Of a DNA stretch of 64,000 nt, positions 1 through 9,267 are shown one piece after another. The DNA is from an uncultured delta proteobacterium (GTDB lineage Bacteria; Desulfobacterota; Desulfomonilia; UBA1062), in the NCBI GenBank assembly GCA_963785235.1, contig CAWAUM010000001.1, positions 256,001 through 320,000 of the forward strand, read 5' to 3'. A program made the position numbers and the translations under genes. The notes under the pieces are model-generated. The model saw only the letters and a list, made by a program, of their open reading frames with translations, was not told the origin of the DNA and ran no database searches. Numbering within the stretch: the first letter of the stretch is position 1; each line of letters starts with the position of its first letter.

Positions 1-597
1 GTCCATGTCGGCAAGGTCCGGCAGATCATCCATATTGCAAATGAGAGTGCTTTCGCCAAGACCTGCAAGCTCGTTCAGGAGTGGTATGGGATTTGTCCCG
101 TTGGCAAAAAGGTCTTTGTGAGGTCGGAAACGGATACGGTATGTAGTCAATAGCCCCGAAGCTTTCTCTTTGTTTTCTTGTATTGTCGGCGCATCAGGTT
201 CTCTTTCAGGCGTTCCCGCTTCAGAGGGGAGATATGCCTTGAAGCTCAGCATAAGTTCGCTTGTCTTTGCCTCGGAAACAGTGTTCAGACCCTGGGAAGC
301 GCCCAGCATGTCCCTGATCTGGTCGCAGGAGGCAAGCGTCAGGGTGATGAGGTCGGCGGTGACCTTGAGCTTGGAGTCCCTGATGAGGTCATAGATCGTC
401 TCGATGGTGTGGGTGAATGTTGCAATATCATCGAAACCGAACATGGCCCCCGATCCCTTGATGGTATGCATGGCCCGGAAGACCTTTCCTACAATATCGA
501 GGTCTTCCGGATGCTGCTCCAGCTCAAGGAGGGAGTCCTCAAGGTTTGTAAGGAGCTCGTATGCCTCTTCCCTGTACAGATCTTTCTGGTTTTCCAT
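1..597 (-). CDS. cheA: Chemotaxis histidine kinase CheA, N-terminal part (Hpt domain); continues beyond the window edge
   Basis: Manual reverse translation from ATG at 597: MENQKDLYREEAYELLTNLEDSLLELEQHPEDLDIVGKVFRAMHTIKGSGAMFGF, with the classic Hpt motif FRxxHTIKG; lies directly after cheY. Not in the ORF track because its stop is outside the window. Confidence 0.93.
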   Translation of the reverse strand, partial: MENQKDLYREEAYELLTNLEDSLLELEQHPEDLDIVGKVFRAMHTIKGSGAMFGFDDIATFTHTIETIYDLIRDSKLKVTADLITLTLASCDQIRDMLGASQGLNTVSEAKTSELMLSFKAYLPSEAGTPEREPDAPTIQENKEKASGLLTTYRIRFRPHKDLFANGTNPIPLLNELAGLGESTLICNMDDLPDLADMD

Positions 598-655
598 ATC
601 CTGTTACCTCAATGATGATGCCTTTGTTGTGCAATCCCGCACCATATATTCCTGC

Positions 656-1021
656 CTATCCCAGCAATCGTTTCACCACGGCAATGAGCTGTTCCGGCTT
701 GAAGGGCTTCACGATCCAGCCCGTGGCGCCCGCCTGTTTTCCTGCATCTTTCTTGTTCATGGCGCTCTCAGTGGTAAGCATCACGATGGGGGTGAACTTG
801 AAGGTCGGCTCAGAGCGTAAGGCCTGGATCAGCTCTATCCCGTCCATATTCGGCATGTTCAAGTCGGTAATCACCATGTCCACCATGGAGGATTTTGCCT
901 TTTGAAGCGCATCCTGGCCGTCAACGGCCGATACCACTTCATAGCCTTCCTTCTCAAGGGTGAACACTACCAGTTGACGGATGCTCGCTGAATCATCCGC
1001 ACTCAAGATCCTCTTACTCAT
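656..1021 (-). CDS. cheY: Chemotaxis response regulator CheY
   Basis: Single REC domain MSKRILSADDS...VITDLNMPNMDG...MLTTES...IVKPF; start placed at MSKR after a GGAGG RBS. Confidence 0.93.
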   Translation of the reverse strand: MSKRILSADDSASIRQLVVFTLEKEGYEVVSAVDGQDALQKAKSSMVDMVITDLNMPNMDGIELIQALRSEPTFKFTPIVMLTTESAMNKKDAGKQAGATGWIVKPFKPEQLIAVVKRLLG

Positions 1022-1364
1022 CTCTTCCTCCTGTGGTCCACAGACATGGACCATGGGGTTCTCTATCACAGGCTTCAGGAACGAGGGCGACTGAAGATAA
1101 TGACCTGACGACGCCTTCCGGCAGTACGCCGGCTATACGTATGCCCTTCTGGGCCCGGGAGTATGTCTTATGCGCTGAGCAGAAAATCTGAAGACATGCG
1201 AGATCAACGGACTGCACCCTTGAGAGGTCGATCAGGAGTGTCTCTGCTGATGGCAAGGCCTCCAGGAGGCACTCTCTCAGCTCGGATGCATCCTGAATGG
1301 ACAGGTCGCCCTCCGCACTGAGGATCTTTGCATTGTCCTTGTCTTCCATGGATATCTTTGCCAT
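1014..1364 (-). CDS. STAS-domain (anti-sigma-antagonist-like) protein
   Basis: GDLSIQDASELRECLL...LLIDLSRVQSVDLACLQIFCSAHKT pattern; typical position upstream of cheY-cheA. Confidence 0.85.
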   Translation of the reverse strand: MAKISMEDKDNAKILSAEGDLSIQDASELRECLLEALPSAETLLIDLSRVQSVDLACLQIFCSAHKTYSRAQKGIRIAGVLPEGVVRSLSSVALVPEACDREPHGPCLWTTGGRDE

Positions 1365-1429
1365 TGTTCCCTCCTGCTCCACTTCTTAAACTGTCTATCT
1401 TTTTACAAGTCGGGTACGTTCATTTCTGC

Positions 1430-3265
1430 TTAGAAGAGTTCCACATTATCGCCCAGACCATCGGCAGCTTCTCCTTGCACACCCTGCTCAGGCGTTGCAT
1501 TAACTGCCGACACACTCTTCATATGGACCTCGCGTTCGCTCTGCATGGTGTAGAGCTTGTCGATATCAGCCATGAATGATGATGATGTATCGTTAAATCC
1601 TTCCGGACATATCTTTTCCGCGTCATCCGTGATCCCTGAGACAGTCTCCAATACCTCACCGAGCATGGCCTGGAACTCTTTATGTACATCGATATGGGAG
1701 GCCGTATCTTCGATATCCATCATGAGAGACTTGCCCAGGTCGGTCAGCTCCGTGAGCATGGAAATAACCGTGATGTTGATCTCATGGAGCAAGGCGATAA
1801 GGCCTTTCAGTTTCTCCATGAGGATATCCGAGAGCTCCTTTTCAGTGCCCTGCATGTCCTTGAAGTCTCTATTGAAGGTGGTTGAAAGGTTTACCAGGGT
1901 CGAGAGCATCGTAGAGAGGTTCCCAGTATCCTCTCGGGCATTTATGGAGAGCTCGTAGATGCTTCCTGAGATGGTATCAAGCGCGGCCCCTTCCTGGCCC
2001 AAATGGGCGGCCTTGATCCGAGCATTCAGTGCGATGAGCTGGAGATGGAGCCCCAGTGTCTCAATGTCCTTTACGAACATGGACATCTCCGCGGCCATTT
2101 CACTCGCATTGCTCACCGTGTCCGTGAGTTTGTCCTGCTCTTGGTCCGCAAGCCCCATGCCCTGGATTACCGAGGATATGCCTTGGTCGATCTCTTCCAT
2201 AAAGGTCGTCCCTGATGTTTCTGAGGCCATGGTTGCCTCGTGGGCTTCATGGATGATTTCACCTACACTCCTGCCGATGGACCGGAGGTTACTGATGATC
2301 TTGAGTACGGCGCTGGTCAGTTCATCGCGTGATTGGGCAAGCTGGGCATGCTGAAGCCTTGACACATCCCTCACAAAGGCCGCCTTTTCGGCAATGGTGT
2401 GCCCCTGTTCGTGAACCTTTTTGTCCATATGATCGAACACCTCCTTGACATGTTCGATCTGCTGGCGGGTGATGTCGTGAAACTGCAGCGACATGACAAT
2501 ATCGCCGATGTTTGATGCGATCCTCTGTGTACCCTTATCTATGAGCGCGGTGGAACCCGAAGCCGCTACGTGTTTGTTCTTCAGCGAACGATGGTTGTTA
2601 AAGGCTTTTTCCAGCATGGTGCGTGCCTGGTCGCCTTGGTTTTTCTCGAAGTCCGATAGCTGTGTGACGGTATGGACAAGAAAGGACTTCACTGTTTCTG
2701 ATTTAGACCTGATGTGTGCGGCCTTTTGCCTGATGGTCTCCGCCAGGCCCCTCACATCGTCGGTAAGGCTTGCAAAGCCTGTGTCGTTGGTGAAGATGTA
2801 AGCGTTCTCCACCTGGGTGAGGAACCCGAGCATGATCAGATTCATCACGATCATATGGAAATCGTCCAGGTACGAGGTGACCTTTGAAATGGCATTCAGG
2901 TGCTCGGTGAATACCCCTGTTGTCCTGGAGATGTTCTTCTCGGGGGTTTTGAAACGCATCCTCAGCTCATCCAGGATCTGGCTCAACCCGTCGGTTGCGT
3001 TTTTCAGGTCATTGCCGGCCAGGAGATCGACCATGGCGCTGGATTTGTTACTCATGTCCCGGGAGCGCCGGTAAAACTCCTGCAGCTTTTCCCCTATGGA
3101 AAGGAATCGATCCCCCGATGATGAAACGATATCATCGAGCCTGGACTGAAGAGTATGCAATTGATCAGTCAACCCTTGTATGGCCTCCATATCATCTTTG
3201 GCATGCGTGGCTGAAGGTCCTGTGCGATGAGGCAGGAATCCGGCGAGTATCTTTTTCAGGCCCAT
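1430..3265 (-). CDS. Atypical soluble chemoreceptor-like coiled-coil protein (611 aa)
   Basis: No transmembrane segment; MCP-tip-like LQLIALNARIKAAHLGQEGAALDTIS; SLQFHDITRQQIEHV motif; C-terminus DNVELF; inside the che cluster. Confidence 0.75.
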   Translation of the reverse strand: MGLKKILAGFLPHRTGPSATHAKDDMEAIQGLTDQLHTLQSRLDDIVSSSGDRFLSIGEKLQEFYRRSRDMSNKSSAMVDLLAGNDLKNATDGLSQILDELRMRFKTPEKNISRTTGVFTEHLNAISKVTSYLDDFHMIVMNLIMLGFLTQVENAYIFTNDTGFASLTDDVRGLAETIRQKAAHIRSKSETVKSFLVHTVTQLSDFEKNQGDQARTMLEKAFNNHRSLKNKHVAASGSTALIDKGTQRIASNIGDIVMSLQFHDITRQQIEHVKEVFDHMDKKVHEQGHTIAEKAAFVRDVSRLQHAQLAQSRDELTSAVLKIISNLRSIGRSVGEIIHEAHEATMASETSGTTFMEEIDQGISSVIQGMGLADQEQDKLTDTVSNASEMAAEMSMFVKDIETLGLHLQLIALNARIKAAHLGQEGAALDTISGSIYELSINAREDTGNLSTMLSTLVNLSTTFNRDFKDMQGTEKELSDILMEKLKGLIALLHEINITVISMLTELTDLGKSLMMDIEDTASHIDVHKEFQAMLGEVLETVSGITDDAEKICPEGFNDTSSSFMADIDKLYTMQSEREVHMKSVSAVNATPEQGVQGEAADGLGDNVELF

Positions 3266-3270
3266 GTATT

Positions 3271-4368
3271 TTATCCTGTCTTCATGCGTGCGAGCTGGTA
3301 GGCACGCATGATTTCTCCGGGCATGGATTCCAAGGACATAACCTTATCCACCCCGCCTAACTTGATGGCCTCGTTCGGCATGCCGAACACGATGCAGCTC
3401 TCTTCGTTCTGGGCAATGGTGTAGGCCCCGGCCTCTTTCATTTCCAGCATGCCCTTGGCCCCGTCGTCGCCCATGCCGGTCATGATGACGCCGATGGCAT
3501 TCCTTCCGGCATAACGTGCCGTGGAGCGGAATAACACATCGACTGAAGGGCGGTGGCGGGAGACGAGCGGACCGTCCTTGATCTCTACAAAGTACCGGGC
3601 CCCGCTGCGTTTGAGCAGGAGGTGATGGTTGCCGGGCGCGATGAGTGCATGGCCGGGCAGCACGGTATCGTTGTTGGCAGCCTCTTTCACGGTGATCTGA
3701 CAGAGCGAGTCGAGCCTTTTGGAAAAGGCCGAGGTAAATCCCTCAGGCATGTGCTGCACGATGACGATACCGGGGCAGTCCCTGGGCAGCGCCTCCAGAA
3801 AAATCCTCAATGCTTCTGTCCCGCCTGTGGAAGCCCCGACCGCAACTACCTTTTCGGTAGTCTGAAGCACGGAATCGGGTTTGGCCTTGGCAATGATCAC
3901 GTCGGCGCTGAGCTTGGGCTGCACCAGGGATGTTTCTGCCGTGCTCGAGATCTTTTTGGTCTTGGTCTTGGTCCGCGATGCTGCCACCACGACATCGCAG
4001 ATGAGCGTGCTCGATTCGACAAGCATCTGCTTGGTGCCCAGCGCGGGCTTGTGGATTACCTCCACGGCGCCGTACTCCAGGGCCTTGAAGGCCGTCTCGG
4101 TTCTCTGGCCTGCGAGTGAAGAGCAGATGACCACCGGGATTGGGTGCTGGGCCATGATTTTTTTCAAGAAGGTTAACCCGTCCATGCGTGGCATCTCCAC
4201 GTCCAGGGTGATTACATCCGGGACCTGCTCGTTGATCTTTTCGGCCGCAATAAAAGGGTCGGATGCAGTGCTAATTACCTCGATCCTCGAGTCGGATGAG
4301 AGGATGTCATAAAGTGTCTGCCTCACGAGGGCGGAATCGTCCACAATGAGTACCTTGACCTTTTTCAT
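3271..4368 (-). CDS. cheB: Chemotaxis methylesterase/glutaminase CheB (REC + methylesterase)
   Basis: N-terminal REC; [21 protein letters not shown] and MTGMGDDGA motifs. Confidence 0.96.
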   Translation of the reverse strand: MKKVKVLIVDDSALVRQTLYDILSSDSRIEVISTASDPFIAAEKINEQVPDVITLDVEMPRMDGLTFLKKIMAQHPIPVVICSSLAGQRTETAFKALEYGAVEVIHKPALGTKQMLVESSTLICDVVVAASRTKTKTKKISSTAETSLVQPKLSADVIIAKAKPDSVLQTTEKVVAVGASTGGTEALRIFLEALPRDCPGIVIVQHMPEGFTSAFSKRLDSLCQITVKEAANNDTVLPGHALIAPGNHHLLLKRSGARYFVEIKDGPLVSRHRPSVDVLFRSTARYAGRNAIGVIMTGMGDDGAKGMLEMKEAGAYTIAQNEESCIVFGMPNEAIKLGGVDKVMSLESMPGEIMRAYQLARMKTG

Positions 4369-4916
4369 TTCTCACTTCCTGAAGCATAAAGGGCAACCTG
4401 GGGTGCCACTTTTGATACGAACTTCGTGAATACTTCGCCCGTATCCGTGTAGAAGATCACCTTTCTTCCCTTGTTGCCTCCCACGTTCCAGGCCTTGAGC
4501 TTCAGCTTCTTCTCGTGGATTACCTTCAGTGCCACCTCAATGTTTTTCGTGCCCACCGAGAAGGAGGTTTCATATTTTTTGCTGTCATAGAATATCTCCG
4601 AGCCTCCGAAAATCTTCACCTCGAGATCTTTGGAATTGATCCCTCTCTTCTCGAAACGGTTCAGCATCCACTCCACCGAGCTGTCCACGTACTGTAAGAC
4701 CTCTTCTGATGGTGGCCTTTTCTTCTTCGCTGCCTCATATGTCGGCATGACGGCGTGGCAGATGGCCCCTATCCTGGTGTGCCGATGGTACATGATCACG
4801 GCAACGCACGACCCCAGAACCGTTATCACCCGGGATGGCTCAGCGCCGAAGTGCACCTCGCCCGGCTTCAGGTAGATAGTCGGGAGTTCCTGAACGGGGC
4901 TGATTCTCCGGTGCAC
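4365..4916 (-). CDS. cheD: Chemoreceptor glutamine deamidase CheD
   Basis: [30 protein letters not shown] and [10 protein letters not shown] motifs. Confidence 0.92.
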   Translation of the reverse strand: MHRRISPVQELPTIYLKPGEVHFGAEPSRVITVLGSCVAVIMYHRHTRIGAICHAVMPTYEAAKKKRPPSEEVLQYVDSSVEWMLNRFEKRGINSKDLEVKIFGGSEIFYDSKKYETSFSVGTKNIEVALKVIHEKKLKLKAWNVGGNKGRKVIFYTDTGEVFTKFVSKVAPQVALYASGSEK

Positions 4917-5804
4917 CTAGATCCTCCTTGATATGGTGTTGGCCACTGTCTCGATGGGGAGGTCCATGCCGCTGAGCGTCTCCGAGTGCCCGGTGAACAG
5001 ATAACCGCCCACTGCAAGATGCCTGCACAGGTGGTCAACGACCTTTTCCTGGGTTGAACGATCGAAATAGATGAGCACGTTCCTGCAGAAGATGATGTCC
5101 ATCTTCTCTCTCAGCCCGAAATCCTCATTCATGAAATTGAGCCAGCGGAACCTCACCTTTGAGCGCAGGTCGGGAATGACCCTCACGGTCTTATTTTTCG
5201 GGTCCTTGCTCCTCATGAAGTATCGTCTGCGCAACTCAATAGGAACAGGCATGATGCGTTCTTCATGGTAGATGGCATCCTTTGCCTTTTCGAGCATCCT
5301 GGTGGATATGTCCGTTGCGAGCACCATGGATTGAAAACCCGGTGTCTTCTTGGCATACTCTTCCAAGACCATGGCCAGGGTGTAGGGCTCTTCACCTGAA
5401 GAGCACGCTGCAGACCAGGCCATCAGTGTCCTCTTAACGCCTGCCCCTGTGGACTTGATCAGGTCCGGGATGGCCTTGTTCACGAGGTAATCAAAGTGCT
5501 GCGGTTCCCGGAAGAAATCGGTCTTGTTGGTGGTGACCGCATCGATCATGTGCACAAGTTCGTTGCTCCTGCCCTCGGGGCTGAAGAGAAATTTGCAGTA
5601 CTCTTCGAAAGAGGCAAACCCCAGCGCCCTCATCCTTTTAATGAGGCGGGCCTCCAGCATGGTTAATTTTGCCGGCGGCATCTTGATGCCGCATGTCTCG
5701 TAGATGAATGAGCTGAGCTTGTTGAAGAGGTCCTGAGACAAGGCGGCCCTTGCCTCAGGCTCCGGGCGCATGTTCTGGTTGGGTGAACTTCCAGTGAAGG
5801 ACAT
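4917..5804 (-). CDS. cheR: Chemotaxis methyltransferase CheR
   Basis: TTNKTDFFREPQHF, WSAACSSGEEPYT, IFCRNVLIYFD and GHSE motifs. Confidence 0.96.
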   Translation of the reverse strand: MSFTGSSPNQNMRPEPEARAALSQDLFNKLSSFIYETCGIKMPPAKLTMLEARLIKRMRALGFASFEEYCKFLFSPEGRSNELVHMIDAVTTNKTDFFREPQHFDYLVNKAIPDLIKSTGAGVKRTLMAWSAACSSGEEPYTLAMVLEEYAKKTPGFQSMVLATDISTRMLEKAKDAIYHEERIMPVPIELRRRYFMRSKDPKNKTVRVIPDLRSKVRFRWLNFMNEDFGLREKMDIIFCRNVLIYFDRSTQEKVVDHLCRHLAVGGYLFTGHSETLSGMDLPIETVANTISRRI

Positions 5805-5815
5805 ATATCCTCTTT

Positions 5816-6331
5816 TTATAGATCCGCCATACCAACCGCGCCGGTTGATGCTCCGGTCTGGGTGACCAGGGAGAGCTCTTCTGCCGAGAACACCTTGTCG
5901 ATGTCCAGGATCATGACGAACTCCTCCTCGCGCTTGCCCATACCCTTGATGAAATCCGTATTCAGCCGGGTGCCGATCCTGGGGGCCGGCTCGATGCTCT
6001 CGGGCTCCAGTTCCATGACTTCATGCACCGAATCAGCCAGGACCCCCAGCACGGTGTTATCCCCTTCAATGGAGACCTCACCGATGATGATCCTGGTGTT
6101 CACGGTCTTATCCGTTGTCTTGTTGCCGAACTTCATATTGAGGTCCACCACCGGCACCACCGAGCCCCGCAGGTTTATCACGCCCTGCATGTAATCAGGG
6201 GTCTGGGGCACCTTGGTGATCTTGGTGAAGTCGAGCACCTCCCTGACCTTGGATATGTCCAGGGCGAACTCTTCTTCCTCGAGCTTGAACGAAAGGTATT
6301 GTCTGGTTTCGTTTATTCCTTCCACGCTCAT
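5816..6331 (-). CDS. cheW: Chemotaxis coupling protein CheW
   Basis: QYLSFKL...VREVL...GVINLRGSVVPVVDL...LADSVHEV; start MSVEG after a GGAG RBS. Confidence 0.95.
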   Translation of the reverse strand: MSVEGINETRQYLSFKLEEEEFALDISKVREVLDFTKITKVPQTPDYMQGVINLRGSVVPVVDLNMKFGNKTTDKTVNTRIIIGEVSIEGDNTVLGVLADSVHEVMELEPESIEPAPRIGTRLNTDFIKGMGKREEEFVMILDIDKVFSAEELSLVTQTGASTGAVGMADL

Positions 6332-6386
6332 TGCCTTCTCCTTGTTACGTTTATATGTTTTCTCCATCATCGCATTTCATTACATA

Positions 6387-8417
6387 TCAATACTGTTCGA
6401 AATCCTCGTCCTTGGGGTCGCCCTTGGAATCTTTATCGCTCATGTCAATGAGCACGCCGGTATGCCGGGGACCACTCTCGTCCCTTCCCTTGATTACCCT
6501 GGATGCCTCACGTTGAACATTCACTACGCGGGGTTTTGCGAGAATATGACTGGTCTTGGCCGTCTTTACCGATACAGCCTTCCTTGTGCCGTCCTTGTCG
6601 ATCTTGAAGAAGGAGATGGCCTCCTGGAGCTGCATGGCCTGGCTTGAGAGCTCCTCGGAGGTCGACGACATCTCTTCTGCCGCGGATGCGTTCTGCTGAA
6701 CCACCTGGTTGAGCTGCTGGATGGCCTGGTTGATCTGCTCGGCCCCGGTGTTCTGCTCGTTGCTCGCTGCAGTGATCTCCTGGACGAGCTGTGCGGTCTT
6801 GCCGATGTCGGGCACGATCTGGGTGAGCAGCTTGCCTGCCTTTTCGGCCACCTCGACGCTGCTGACCGAGAGCTTGCTGATCTCGCCTGCCGCCTCTGCG
6901 GAACGCTCGGCAAGACGCCTCACCGCGGATGCCACCACGGCGAATCCCTTGCCGTGCTCGCCTGCGCGGGCAGCCTCGATGGCGGCGTTTAACGCCAGCA
7001 GATCGGTCTGCCGGGCGATCTCTTCGACAATGGAGATCTTTTCGGCAATGGTCTTCATGGCGGTGACGGTCTCAACAACGGCCTTGCCGCCTTCACGTGC
7101 GTCCTCAGCCGACTTGACGGCAAGCTTCTCGGTCTGCTGGGCATTGTCCGCATTCTGGCGGATATTGGACGCCATCTCCTCCATGGAAGATGATGCCTCT
7201 TCGGCAGCGCTTGCCTGTTCTGACGCGCCCTGGGACATCTGCTCGGCCGTGGAGCTCATCTGCTCTGAGCCTGCGGCCACGTTGTCCGCTGCGCTGTGGA
7301 CATCCGCCACGATGGTCCTGAGCTTACCCATCATATTCCGTAAGGCATCCGCCAGCTGGCCGATCTCGTCCTTCTGGTCGATATCGATATTTGCCGTGAG
7401 GTCGCCCTCGGACACAGATACCGCCAGGTCCACGCCTTTCCTGATGCCCGAGGTGATGAGGCGGGCGAAGAGGAAGAACACCACAAAGGCGGCAGCAAAG
7501 AATATTGCTCCCACCACCATCACGATGTTGCGCACCTCAACGGCCTTTGCAAGGAATTCGGCATCGGGCAAAGAGAGGCCCACGCTCCATCCTGTCAGGG
7601 GAACCGGCGCAAACCCGCCGGTCTTGGCAATCCCCTTGAAAACATAGGTATCCACGCCCGCCTGGCCGGACAACATCTTTTTGGTGATATCTTCCATGCC
7701 CTCTAATGTAGCGAGATTGAGTTTCAATATGTTTTCTTTGACAGGGTGTGCTATAGTGACACCTTCTTTGTTCACCATAAAGGCATAGCCTGTCTTACCG
7801 ATCTTGGCCCCGGCTATAACTTCACTTAAGTATCCGATATCCAGGACATTAGCGATCACACCCACGACCTTGCCGTCCGGTGACACGATCGGGACCGCTA
7901 TGGGGACGAATGGTTCACCCGTGACCTTATTCAGGGCTGCCTCGCCGATGTTCGCCCTGCCCGCTACGGCGTCTTTGAAATATCCCCGGTCTGCCAGGGA
8001 GACCCCCACGAACTTGGGGTCGGAGGCGGCAAAACTTGTGCCGCGCTGATCTATGGCGATCACCACCTGAGAGTTGTCCTTGAGCCCTTCGGTCTTATTG
8101 AAGGTTTCCAGCTTCTTATTGAGTTCTGCCACTTCCCCTGCAGCGGCCTGGATGCCCGAACCGGCCACAGCAGTTGCAGCCTTTATTGTGGAATTCCCAA
8201 CGGCGAGATCCCTGACCACCTTCAGCTCCCCGGTCAGGGCGAGATTTACGGCCTGGGCAAGGGATTTGGTTACCCCGGCGAGCTGTTCTTTCTCGATCTC
8301 GCCGAGCCCGATGCTTGCCTGCCTCACCGAGAGAAAGCCCACCACGGATATGGGGACCAGCAGCAGGATCGACCCCACGAGAATCAGTTTTGTTCCCAGT
8401 TTCAGATTCTTAAACAT
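6387..8417 (-). CDS. Transmembrane methyl-accepting chemotaxis protein (dCache-HAMP-MA)
   Basis: Two TM helices flank a Cache-like domain ([15 protein letters not shown]); HAMP (KDEIGQLA); tip [27 protein letters not shown]; C-terminal pentapeptide DFEQY. Confidence 0.95.
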   Translation of the reverse strand: MFKNLKLGTKLILVGSILLLVPISVVGFLSVRQASIGLGEIEKEQLAGVTKSLAQAVNLALTGELKVVRDLAVGNSTIKAATAVAGSGIQAAAGEVAELNKKLETFNKTEGLKDNSQVVIAIDQRGTSFAASDPKFVGVSLADRGYFKDAVAGRANIGEAALNKVTGEPFVPIAVPIVSPDGKVVGVIANVLDIGYLSEVIAGAKIGKTGYAFMVNKEGVTIAHPVKENILKLNLATLEGMEDITKKMLSGQAGVDTYVFKGIAKTGGFAPVPLTGWSVGLSLPDAEFLAKAVEVRNIVMVVGAIFFAAAFVVFFLFARLITSGIRKGVDLAVSVSEGDLTANIDIDQKDEIGQLADALRNMMGKLRTIVADVHSAADNVAAGSEQMSSTAEQMSQGASEQASAAEEASSSMEEMASNIRQNADNAQQTEKLAVKSAEDAREGGKAVVETVTAMKTIAEKISIVEEIARQTDLLALNAAIEAARAGEHGKGFAVVASAVRRLAERSAEAAGEISKLSVSSVEVAEKAGKLLTQIVPDIGKTAQLVQEITAASNEQNTGAEQINQAIQQLNQVVQQNASAAEEMSSTSEELSSQAMQLQEAISFFKIDKDGTRKAVSVKTAKTSHILAKPRVVNVQREASRVIKGRDESGPRHTGVLIDMSDKDSKGDPKDEDFEQY

Positions 8418-8554
8418 TGTCTCCTCCCTGAAGTGACAGTGATATGAAACAATGATCCGGTTCTAGGATGCCTGGACCATGCTCATTTTTTGATAGTTGG
8501 TATTGATCGGCTCCGCCTTCTGTTGCCACCGGTCTCGTTCTGTTGGCGTTCACG

Positions 8555-8592
8555 AAAAAATTGCCCTCTTCCCGGGCAGGGAAAGAGGGCAA
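8555..8592 (-). terminator. Probable intrinsic terminator upstream of the che cluster
   Basis: Minus strand reads TTGCCCTCTTTCCC-TGCC-CGGGAAGAGGGCAA followed by TTTTTT. Confidence 0.7.
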
Positions 8593-8639
8593 GGAAAGGG
8601 GGTGAACCATTATTGTCTGTACGTTATGGATTGAGCCTT

Positions 8640-9095
8640 TCATATGATTCCTTGTTTTTTTACAGCCGGTATTCCGGCCCCGGGGTTGTGCTGACCAGGG
8701 GCACCCTGTTTGGAAAGGTCCGGCATATGCGGCCTGATGAAATCCATCAGTCCCTGGACAGAGGTTTTGCCCAGGATGGAATCCAGGAGCTCTCCGTTCT
8801 TGATGATGAGAAATGAGGGAGTTCCTGAGATAAAAAAGCGCTTTTCGAAGTAGGGCAGGATATCTTCAAGGGCGAAGCACACTTTCAGGTCGGGGCCCGC
8901 GAAGAGGGCGATGAATTCAATTCCAGCCCTGGTTTCCTGGTAATCAATGTCATCCCTGATACATGCCACAAAAATGGCTTTCTCCCCCCTGATGACAGAA
9001 TCGATGGTGTCGATCATGATGCGGGTTATTATCTCTGGTCCTGGCATCCTCGCTCCTGTGTTTGCGCCTTTCTCCCCGGCCTGTCCGGGGAGCAT
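8640..9095 (-). CDS. Hypothetical protein with a degenerate thioredoxin-like C-terminal fold (no CxxC)
   Basis: FFISGTPSFLIIKNGELLDSILGKTSVQGLMDFI resembles the thioredoxin cis-Pro strand region; lies immediately downstream of a sigma54-like promoter. Confidence 0.55.
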   Translation of the reverse strand: MLPGQAGEKGANTGARMPGPEIITRIMIDTIDSVIRGEKAIFVACIRDDIDYQETRAGIEFIALFAGPDLKVCFALEDILPYFEKRFFISGTPSFLIIKNGELLDSILGKTSVQGLMDFIRPHMPDLSKQGAPGQHNPGAGIPAVKKQGII

Positions 9096-9105
9096 TCTTC
9101 CTTAC

Positions 9106-9120
9106 ACAAGAAGCATGCCA
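9106..9120 (-). promoter_or_regulatory. Sigma54 (-24/-12) promoter
   Basis: Minus strand TGGCATG-CTTC-TTGT versus consensus TGGCACG-N4-TTGC; adjacent to an IHF site and to the sigma54 activator gene. Confidence 0.65.
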
Positions 9121-9160
9121 CGGGGTAAAAAGGAGGGGATTTATTACTTAAATCAATTGA

Positions 9161-9173
9161 TATCAAATGGTTA
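9161..9173 (+). promoter_or_regulatory. IHF binding site
   Basis: TATCAAATGGTTA is an exact match to WATCAANNNNTTR, lying between the promoter and the putative enhancer. Confidence 0.6.
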
Positions 9174-9207
9174 TGGGGTAGCATGCGCGGTTGCAGGATG
9201 GTAATTA

Positions 9208-9267
9208 TGTCTCATGCTTATGTAACAAGTGACGCCCAGGGTGTTACAGGTATGATACATTGTTACA
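9208..9267. promoter_or_regulatory. Putative enhancer (upstream activator) repeats TGTWACA
   Basis: TGTCTCA 9208, TGTAACA 9221, TGTTACA 9242, TGATACA 9253, TGTTACA 9261; about 90-150 bp upstream of the sigma54 site. Confidence 0.5.
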
